This document shows, one piece after another, positions 53,522 through 64,000 of a stretch of 64,000 nt of DNA. Source of the stretch: Harriotta raleighana (taxonomy: Eukaryota); NCBI GenBank assembly GCA_050575255.1, contig JBNZDD010013726.1, forward strand, positions 2,735,763 through 2,799,762, read 5' to 3'. The notes beneath the pieces are model-generated. The model was given only the letters and a program-made list of their open reading frames with translations, searched no databases and was not told where the DNA came from. The stretch's first letter is position 1; every line of letters begins with the position of its first letter. The position numbers and the translations under genes are program-made.

Positions 53522-55826
53522 CACAGGACCAGCTGTGAAAAGCACAACCTTGTAACAAGAGCAGAGAGACATGCTAAAGTCAACAGTTAGGTGAAAGGTC
53601 ACAATCCGCTGGAATATCCTCTCTGCCAGCTCTACATCAGCCATGGAGAGCAAACCAATGAACACATGGTGTCAGAAGTTTCAAACCAGAACTAAACAGT
53701 AAAACATTGAGCTCGGGGCAAATGCAGGCCACGACCTGCCTGAGCAAAGTCAATGATACTGAAAATCGGACAGCAAGTTAAAGGCTGGTGCCATTCAATC
53801 TGTGGATGGGATGGGTGAAGGGGGTGTGGGGGGTGGTCTGGTGTCATTTGTGGGATGTGTGAGGATTGAAAGCCTTGAACTAAATTACACCCTTTACATT
53901 CCTGTCATAAACTAACATCTGCTGAGATCAATCAGAGACCCGACGACTTTAGTGCCACTCTCTCTCAGAATTCCTGACAAGAGGAAGACATTGAACTTCA
54001 CCCTCATGCAATATTAACTGTAAGCACAAAACCTCAGATTATCCGTACAGTACTTCTAATCCACCATGATTACAACAGGTACAGAATAGCTTCTACAGTA
54101 TTTGCAGCACTCATTTAGACCCAGTCCAGGCACAGTCCTACCTTTGTGCAGCATGTTGGTGGTTGTCACTCAATACTCGACATTCAAAGTAAAAGATGGG
54201 TTTGTTCTACCAGGGGTTCAAGTGCCATAGACCACACCTCTCCACAGTGAGAGTACTATGAGCCAGTTTTGATACTCAAAGAAATTCAAGTCCAACTATT
54301 CACCTTTCTAATCAAAAAGCAGAGACAGAGAATAACTTTCGCAGCACAGCCTCTTAACTACCTCAGCATTCAATACCCCTTCCTTTTGACCCTGCTTGAT
54401 AACATGTTCCTGCCAAATTCTCCATGATTTCACAGGAGTCTTAAGTCTCTAGGGCAGAATTTAGTCCAAAGTGTTGCTCCAGTGGCTCCGCACCAGCTTT
54501 AGAAACAATTTTAGCTGCTTCAAAAACATGGCAGCATTTAATGACCTGAAGACTGTCGAAGGGGAGGGGTGCAGGAATTAAGCCAAATGGTGAGGGACAC
54601 AACAGGGACAAAGCGGATGGACAGCTGGTAGAGTCAGAGTAAGGGAGGAAAGCAAAGAATAAATAACTTCATTGCAGAACCTGTGTTAGAAATACAGAGA
54701 CAACATTTTATATGCTGGATCCTGGCTGGAGATAAAATGGGGCATCTTCATTTAAAGTGAAAAGGGTGACGAAATAAAGCTTTGCTCAATTTGCCACAAG
54801 TATAATTCCTAATGAACAAAAACATTTATATAGTGGCCCTCACGCAGGACAGCATCCCAAAGTGCTCGGGAGCTCAATGCTGAAATGGGGGAGGAAGAAT
54901 GTTCAAATGTTTCAGGGCATAGTGGCTGAAAAGGCGAACACCGTTAGTGGGATGGAGGGCACGAGGGACAAGCTGCAGGCCGGAGCCAGCCATGTGGTGG
55001 CAGTGGGAGGAAGGTTGCGGAATAAGAAGGTCAGAGAGGTAGAGAGGAGCCAGGACATGAAGGGGTTTGTGAGGCTTGAAAAATGTAAAATTCCAGGAGT
55101 TCCAATAGCTGCAAAAAGTCATTTTGATGTAATCTTTGTTGTATCTACTTTCTGGTCAGGATATAGCTGTCACATATCAGCATTATTCTATCTGCTTCCA
55201 TATGCCAAACACCCACATCCCTTCATTATTATACAGTATAAGGAAATTGGTTTTATAATCAATGCAATTTGAGTAATATATGGAATGAGTTGCCAGCAGT
55301 TAAAGAATAAGTGAGCAACCCGGAAACTCCAATTATACACTGGACTCCTATGGTGGCTAGATTCAATCCCATTGATAATAATATTTCTTGCATTCGATAT
55401 AGTGTGCTATCACATCTTCAAGACATCGAAAAGCCCTTCACAGAATGTACTGGAAAATGAATTAAATTTTGTGGGCAAAAAAGCAGCAACTAATTGCATA
55501 CAGCAGGATTCACAAACAGTATTTGTACCTCAAATGCACTTAATGAAGGTTTTCCAATAATTCGTCCTCCAGTGCTTGTGAATATAGGGAAACTACACAC
55601 AAAGCCGCACCTGACACATGCAGCCATAAATCTCATCAGGTGACAGAGAGGACCATAAATGATAACCAGTCTGGTTGGCTCCTTCCATCAATTATCTCAC
55701 TCACACAACCACAGTGTTTCACTTGTAACACTACTGATTTATTTACTTTGAAGTTTTCTGAGAAACAATTTCTAAACTTTGAAATCATGCATGAAATCTA
55801 CACATGATGCTTTGTCAGTACTTTAC

Positions 55827-56561
55827 CTGTTTATCGCACAAGCTCTTCGAGGTTTCCCTCCCTTCTGATGGATCGGAGCTTTGTGTAGAAGCTAAGCCAT
55901 TGTCACTGGATTGTCTATGCAAAGTGGTTGTAGTCATTGAATTTGTTCCTATGTCCAGACTCCTTGTATGAACTACCTTTGCAGCAATCCCCTGGTACAC
56001 TTTGCGTTCAGTTTGGGGGCTTTTTCTTCCAATGCAGGAATGCTGACCTGAGGCAGTAATCTTTGCTTGCTGAGGAAGGACGGAAACACTGAATGGATTG
56101 ACGGTTTTCACGCTGGCTTTTTCAATGTAACTGAATGTAACTACAGAGCTCTTCCCTTCAGGACCAAAATCGGACACTGCTTTTGTATTGTTTGCACTGA
56201 GGGAGCAAAATGGTTTTGTCCTAATGCACACTGGTGAGGTTGGGGCAGTTGACCTACCTGGGCTGGTAGGAAATTTTTCACAAAAGGGGTTGGTCTCCGA
56301 ACATGTGCGGATGAGTGAAACTGTGGATTTTTTGCTGTCAGGAAAATCCAAGAAATCCATCTTTGTATTTGGAGGCAAAATGCGTCTCGGTACGTGGGAT
56401 CTCCGAATAACTGGGTTGGGAGAAAGTCGGCACAGTGATTTAATGGTGACATCAGATCGTGTACAATTTAGTTTATTGGGGCTTGAAATATGCTGGCATT
56501 CTGGAGATCTTCTGTTAGAGCCACTGGAAGAATCTGTTCTCAGTTCCACATAGAGAGACAT
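55827..56561 (-). CDS. PSD: PSD coding exon 1 (MSLYVELR...CDKQ)
   Basis: First in-frame ATG after an in-frame TGA. Likely acceptor tttcttag ends at 56690; donor CAG|gtaaag, phase 0. Contains SSVVTFSYIEKASVKTVN. The start codon choice is less certain than the exon itself. Confidence 0.8.
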
Positions 56562-59500
56562 AACTCTTGTATTTTGTGCAATTCTGCAAAGAACAGCAAA
56601 CTGCCAAGCCAATCACAAGCTAGCAGGAACCAACAGAAGCAGGGAGACAAGGACCATCTTCCCATGTTGAGGGACAGCCGATCTGCAACCTAAGAAATCA
56701 CAACATCACATAAATACATCATTAATAAACATAACTTAAATATCAGATCAATGCTGTGTTTGAAGGATCGAGCTTCATATCTTCAGTGAAATACTGTATT
56801 TCCAACAATGGAAGCAGGTTTTGGAATTCTCAATACTGGAAATACATAACAGTACTTCACCAGTTAAATACTTGGTAAAATATGAACGTCAGTATCAGAG
56901 CGAGGAATTAAACAATAGTGTAAGGACTGAATTAACCGTTGAAGCAGTGTGCTTGTTCAGAGTTTAGAGCGGATGTAGACAGACACCCAATGATGCTAAA
57001 CATTGAATGGGGAGCAAGGAAAGACAGGGAAGAATTTGGAGTAAGACAGATACTCTTTCACAAGGTATTCTGTAAATAGTGATTAATTTGCTGGCAAATG
57101 GTCATTTGCAAAGTAGAAATAATATGGCCTGATTTATACATTTAAATCAATACTTTGATTTAAATCATGTTTTGAGGGTTGGTAATACTTGGTCACATGT
57201 CAAGTACTTGATATCAGCAGGGCTGACAGGAGTCAAAAGACTAATACAAAATTGAAGAGCCAGACATCACACATACTTTCTCATGCCCTGTTGTACAGTG
57301 CAGAGGTTTGGAAGCAGGTCAAGGCTTGCTCTCTCAGCCAGGAATGGTGCTTGCTGAAACAGAAAGCCAAGACCAATGCATTTATGAAATTACTTCAGAA
57401 AAAAGACATCTGTGGCCATCGTCTTTAATGGTGGTTAGTGAGAGTGCTCTAAAACTAGTCATTTTTACCTAACACCTGTGGTGTTTGCAATTACCTCTCC
57501 ACATGAATTTCGTTGCTGTGATGAACTGATTAGCACAGAATTACTGTACAGATGATTTAGGCTTGTACTAAACAAACTGCTGCTGTACTTTTTAGTCACT
57601 GCAATAGTACACAACAGCAACCTACTTCACCTTCTGACATTGTTAATTCTGAAGCTCAAAGGAAATAAGAGCTTCCAGTTTCTTTCCCCTCACAAAATGC
57701 CCACAGGACAGCTTAATGTAAATAATTACCCAAAGTGTGAAAGTGTTCCTCTCACCAACATCAACGTCTCTCACTTGAGGTATACACATTTCAAAACCCA
57801 AATGACATGATATCCCTATTTTTCATTTTAGGGGAGTATGAGTAAAAGTCTTATGTTTCAACCAGCACAAAGTATCAACCCAAATTATTTCTATTTATTT
57901 AACATATTGAGCTTTGTCAGTAAATATATAGAGTAATTAATAAATAATGACATGCTGGTGATATACCTGTGAGTCCTCACCATGCAGAATTCACATTCGC
58001 ACCTATGGATATAGCTTCACTTGTAAGAATAAGAATTGTTGATCTGTGTTAATAATTTATTTTCGAGATGGCAGCTTTTTTCATAAAGTGTGGTAAATAC
58101 ATTTCAATAATGAACGGACAACTGAAAGGTTAATGGAGGCCTTGGCAGCTGGTCACTGGTATTTGGCACAGACTAAAACGGATTTAAATACAACATCTGA
58201 GCTAATCCGCAGGCCATGTTATCATGTCCTCAAGCATAAATTAGCAACATGGACTCACACATGTCTGATAGAAACTGGAACTGTATCGTGCATCACAACG
58301 TGGTCAGTAATTAATTTCCATAAATCATTCGCAGGATATAGATTCTATGTAATCTTAGAGAGAGGCCAATTAAAATTATTGTCTGCTCCTCCTTCTACTC
58401 TCCCATTCTGTTTGTACTATGTCTGTGAGGATAATCAGAAATTTAAATTGACCTAATCCTGATTTGTTCAAACAGACTGTCTGAGGGGTTGTAAAGCCTA
58501 GGAACACAAGGAATCACACACAAAGATTACCTCATCAGAGGAGACAGAGACACAAGTAAATAAACAGGAAGCAGAAGTTTCTCAAAGGTTATCAATACAA
58601 ATTTCTGAGAACTAAGAATACGGTCATCCTGGGCTTGTTTTATTCAGATGGCTTTGCTTTGTAAAATGCAGATCACAAGATAAATAAACCATTTACATTC
58701 TCTTCCCCTACTGCATTCACGACACTCACACTAACACCAAGATATTCATACCATCTGACTACATGGTTCTCAGTAAAACTACTCTCTCAATTTCCAGCAG
58801 CGAATGATTGAGTAAATATAGCTTGTGATATGGTCCTGATCAAAATAGTGTTGAAACATCTTAAATTAGTCCTGGCACACACACTTTCAAACCAAGAGCA
58901 AAAGAGTTGAGGAAAGACTAAATTATCTAATAGTGACAATATCACTTATTCAATGTGTTTTGTGGAACAGCATTGTTCTCTTTGTATTTACTTTATTAGT
59001 AACTTCATTTAATAGCAATCAAAGAAAACTTGAAAGTGTGGCATAAAACTGTATTATTATCCCTGTGTTACGCCACTTGAAAAGGGCAGAGAAGGAATGC
59101 TGGACAGATCCCTATTGAAGGGGATATGATTGCACCGGAATGAAACCCTCTCAATCCTCTTCTGAAAGGCGAGTGTATTCAAATCCTGAAAGCATCACTA
59201 GAACCAAGAAAGAACGATGTAAAAGACATGTAAATGAAAAAATCTACCGTTGCAAATGAATTCGAATGAATGTCCCCAGTCTAGTCAGGATCTCATTAGC
59301 GCACACATACTGTGTACAATCAATTAAGAAAAATTAATGATTGAAAACCCACGTAATCCAAGGCACCGCATTCCTACATCAAGCTCCAAAGAGCGAAGTT
59401 ATCAAGAAAAATACAACAACAGTGCTTATAGGATTTCAAATTATTTTTGCAATTATTTTTACTCCTCTCTTAAAGTTGTGGATTCTTTTTAGAGTTTCAT

Positions 59501-62500
59501 AAGCAATAGCAGCTGATTGGTACCTCGACTCGTTCTTTATGTGCAAACCAGTCAATGAGGTCTATGTTTTGCTGGTTGTTACTTTTCCTCCTATTACAAA
59601 TATTACAACCCAGTTAGTACTATTTTGACCTTGTTTAGCAGCAGCAAGCTGTTTGACAATGGCGTACAGGAGGGCGTACAGCCAAACACAATCCTAACCT
59701 CACCTGATATCTATATATACACATTTAGACATCAGAGTCACTGGACAGAGATTGGAAACAGCAACCCTGTCTCATATTTCTCCAGCACAGTCCAAGACAT
59801 TACAACAACAACAACTTCGATTTATGTAGCGCCCTCCACGCCGGACGGCGTCTCAGAGCGCTTCTTAGGGCCAATTGTAGCCATGCTGTCCAGCTAACTC
59901 AGCAACCTATCAAGGAAAAATAAACTAATTAACCTCTGGTTGGCAGGTGCTACACCGGATGGTATCTTCATCTAATTACAGTATCAGTAGAAAAGCACAC
60001 ACACAAAAAAAATCGGTGGGATCATATCACAGGAGTCATAATTATGGATAGTGTACCAAATATAGTTGAGGGAATGTCAAGAAGTATTATATGTATGATG
60101 AATTCTACATAGTGGAGAGAATCATTAAAAAAAATGGGTCTGGGGGTATAACATACAGATTATTTCAACGGGATTCCTCAACAAAGAAATGAGATCAACA
60201 CTAAGCTGATCCAGCAACAACTCTGCTCCACATGATCTGCTGTCAGTGCTTCAGGTCAAGGAAACATGCTGATGATAACTGCAAGGAGTCACCACATGGA
60301 TTCCATTATTGAGGAATCCCATTCAAAATTCACACATTCTACATCTCACTGTCTGCTACATCGCATTTACAATAAGCTATGTATCGCAGGGATTCTATGT
60401 GATAGATGCCACAAATACATTCAGAGTTCGATGCATGTCAAACAAAGGTGCGACGAAAGGGTGTAGCCTGTACATGTAGAAAAACTCCTCACATCCCTCC
60501 TCTCCTGACGGTACATACCATTACTGAGGTATAACTTCACAGGTGCTGGTGATCCTCAGTACATCACAGAAATAGCTATTTTTCACATATTTGAAAGAAA
60601 GCACCAATGCCCACATTTGCAGGGACAAAGGATGGAAATGGAGAAATACGTGGATTCATTGCCATCAATCCCCTATTCTGTCCTCAATTGATGTAAACAT
60701 TTAGGAACTTCCAACAGTTAATCGCTGGACTCAAAAGCAGCAAAATGAACCCTGACCAATTACGCACCCACCCTCACCAGTTCTGAGACACAAAGGCTAA
60801 ATACAGCTAAAATCAGCCAACTCATAAAGGACTCAATACAGGAACATACTTGTACCTCATCACAATGCATTTACTAAGCATTTATGGAAGGAACTTTGAG
60901 AGGGGAAGGCGGGGAGAGAAAGTGTTAACATGAATTTCAGGGTCAGAGCCATAAACAATGTGCATTATAAAAGATTGTGGTACAGCAAAATCTAGAAAGG
61001 AACTGTAAATGCATTTTATTTTTCTGAAAACACCTAATAACCCTCGAACAGGCTGACGGTTTTATTAAGGAGACAGATGTGGACAAATGAAGAGAAAAGA
61101 TCTCTTACCTTACTTCAGAATGCTCCCTGCACCAGGCCTGCATGTGACGAGAAGAAAATAAAATGGAGAAATGAATATTTATGCTCATTACCAAGGCACA
61201 GACCTGATGGATTCATACCCTGCCATTTGCTTAGTTGCTTCCCACTGATAAATGCTCTGCAAGTACTGGATGTGTTAGAATACAAACAGGTTTTTTTCCC
61301 CCCACTGTTGCCATAGTGAAATGCACCAAGGCAAATGAAGGCAGATGAGGCAACCAATGCATGTTATGCCAAAATATCAGTGAACAGATTTAAGAAAGAC
61401 ACATACCTATGTGAATGCTGCACCGGGAAATGGCTGCTCCCTGAATGGACAATGTGTTCACACTCAGTGCCGTTACATAACTTACAGTAACCCTTTCATG
61501 GCCATACACAAAACTGCAGCTTCCATTACACAGTGTTTGTGCAAAAACAATTAGTGGTTCATTCACTGCATGGAAATGTACGAACGGCTTACCTGTTTTG
61601 TGTTAGTTTTAATTGGGAGAAAAGAGAAATCTAGCCAAATCAAAGCGATTCCCCTTAAAGTATTTACAACTAAGGCAATTAACATTTATGTAAAAACCTT
61701 TCACTTTTGGGGGGATGTCTCAAATCGTTCACTGAATTGACTGTGAACCTGAGTTGGAGAGAGGAGAAGTGATTGAAAAATGTGGTGGTAAAGATAGATA
61801 TTAAGTTAGGCTTTAAAAGGCAGGGAGAGAGGTTGCGAGATACCCTGGAGTCAATCCAGGATGACGTTTCCGAGATTGGAGACTGAATGGCTGAAAGCTC
61901 ACCCACTTTTGGTGGGGTGGATGGGGCAGGGGATATGGATTAGGCCAGTGTTAGCTGACACTGGGCAATAGGTTTACAGGTAGTCAAAGGTATAGGGATA
62001 GTGACTTCATATCATTTGTTGTTAAAGTATTTCTCCATCCCATCTTTAGCTTTCTTCACTTCTTATTAATTCCTATCTCCCCAGATTCTAACATCATTCC
62101 CTTTGCCAAGAGGGTGATCTGGACAGATGCACCAAGGCTTCAAAAATGTTTCATCAAAAAGGGTGACTTGTTGGGTCCTACATTGGTTTGTAACTGGTGG
62201 GATAGTTAGCGAATGTGACCGCCATAATTTAATCTGTTCTTCAGTTTTTTCTTTTGCATTTCTACAGCTCAAATACAAAATAGATAGAAATGATAATTTT
62301 GGCTGTGACAGCTTATCTCAGAAAACCATTTCAGTAAGGGCTGCTGATTACTGTAATAGTGTACTGCTGATTTCACTGCGCAGCAATTATTTCAGTAAAT
62401 GCTGCCAATTCATGTGAGGAATGCTGATAACGTAAGTAAAGGTTAGAGAGAACCCTCACACACCCACACACAGGGAAGTGGAACAGAGCATCAGCAAAAG

Positions 62501-62572
62501 CAATTCATAAGTAAACTGGCCTTGCACTATTATAATGATTTATATTGAATATGTTTACATAGGTAAATGGAA

Positions 62573-62860
62573 TCCTGCAGCTCAGTGGTTAGAGCACTCG
62601 CCTTGCAAAGCGAGACACCAGGGTTCGATTCCCAGCTAGGGCGAAACCTTTGGCAAGTTTCCTTACTCCACATGCATGATAATAATCCCTCGAAAAAAAT
62701 ACTACAATAAATTGGTCATTTCAATCCACGACTGTTTGTGGGACCCTACTGTGCGGAATTGGCTGCCGAGTTTCGCCCACAAAAATACAGTCAATTCACT
62801 TTACAGTACAGTATATTCTGTGAAGTGCTTTGAGACGTCTAGAAGACATGAAAAGCGCTT
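62573..62860 (+). mobile_element. Near full-length tRNA-derived SINE
   Basis: Pol III A box-like gctcagtggttagagc, B box ggttcgattcc, then the body (aattggtcatttcaatcc...ttcgcccacaaaaatacagtcaattcactttac) found many times in the window. Confidence 0.85.
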
Positions 62861-64000
62861 TAAGTATCCACAAAGACCCATGTGCCTAATTAATCTGTCG
62901 AATCTCTCTTTTTTATTCAAATATGACATTCACATGCACGAGCAGACAGGCCCTCGGTTTTAATGTCTCATCGTAAAGATAGCACATCTGACAACACATC
63001 AATAGATAAGGGACTACAAACTCAAATTTGGTATGAGGCTTCAAACTACGGGATTACAATCCCGTAATCCAGGGGTGAGAGTGAGACCTAGTGAAACATA
63101 TAGACTGACACAGCACCAATCAACTTTTATAAGAAAAGACTGAATTAGGTCTGATGAGGAATCAAATTGATGATTAAAGAGCAAACATGGATCTAAATAA
63201 TTAAACATTTTACAGAACAGAATGGTCCCTGGAACTAAAGAAACGTCAGATCTGAAATTCAACCCACTAAAATTAATATAGTTCTGTTCTGGAAATGAGT
63301 ATACATTTTTGGATTCACTCCTATTACCTTTAGCAGTCAGGTGGTATATCTGAGACATGAATCACGCGAAAGCACTTTACAGTGACTGGTTTCTGTCAGC
63401 AAATGTAGCAGCCATTTTGCACTCAACAACAACAACAACAAAATTACACTTATAGAGCGCGTTTCACGNGAAAGCACTTTACAGTGACTGGTTTCTGTCA
63501 GCAAATGTAGCAGCCATTTTGCACTCAGGAAAGTCCTACATGTGACAAGGTGAACAATCAAATTATCTGGAAGATTGTTGTGAGAACACTGGAGAAAGTC
63601 CCTTCTCTTTTCCAGCAATGTCTTGAGATCATTAACATTCATCTAAATAGTACTGTAGAAGTAGACGGGATTTCAGTTCAACATCTTATCCAAAGAATTG
63701 CGCCATTCCTATTGAAGCTCTCCTCAACATTGCCAGACTATCCTACAAGCTCCAGTCCTAAAGTGGGCTGAAACCCAGATTCTTCTAACCAGAGGCAAGA
63801 ATGGTACCATCTAAACCAGGCTCCCCTTTGCAATATTGGGAATANTAAACAACTATAATGAAGCGCAGACTGGGCTATAACAGTCAATCAGGGAATGAAC
63901 TTCTACTGGGTAATGTACATTCTCTGAATTTAAATTTATTGGTAATAGCAAAGTAACATAATATGCAGAAGTAAAATAAGTTTCCCTTTCATTTCAAATA

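Noticed and set aside
57140-57170. AT-rich palindrome atttaaatca-n6-tgatttaaat
   Set aside because: Short and AT-rich; compatible with chance or an old repeat remnant.
58520-61120. Non-coding first exon of PSD (donor-like sites near 58530 and 61108)
   Set aside because: Donor-like motifs alone, with no promoter or transcript support; cannot choose among them.
62573-62645. tRNA gene
   Set aside because: No good acceptor stem; continues directly into a multi-copy SINE body.

Overview
Eukaryotic (vertebrate) genomic DNA, not prokaryotic. The window is almost entirely one minus-strand spliced gene, PSD (EFA6A; ARF6 guanine-nucleotide exchange factor with Sec7, PH and coiled-coil domains). I reconstructed 16 coding exons by hand between 56561 and 3533. 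All junctions are GT-AG and phase-compatible (3387 nt, 1128 aa + stop), and the probable 3'UTR is about 2.25 kb. An internal first exon (18014-18169, MIGVNSV...) splices in frame onto the last 7 exons. It would give a Sec7-less short isoform resembling mammalian EFA6As. A second candidate internal promoter and exon chain lies in the 16.7 kb intron upstream of the Sec7 exons. Introns are packed with tRNA-derived SINEs, Deu-domain SINEs, L2 and CR1 LINE 3' fragments, TA-flanked Tc1/mariner/Tigger-like non-autonomous transposons and Penelope-like remnants with decayed minimal hammerhead motifs. This repeat landscape suggests a cartilaginous fish, possibly a chimaera (inference). Eleven single-N gaps are mostly flanked by duplicated sequence (contig/haplotype overlaps). 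Two of them point to a young, possibly polymorphic L2 subfamily. Almost all ORFs in the six-frame track are spurious. Repeat boundaries are approximate, and comparisons to other species are from memory, not database searches.
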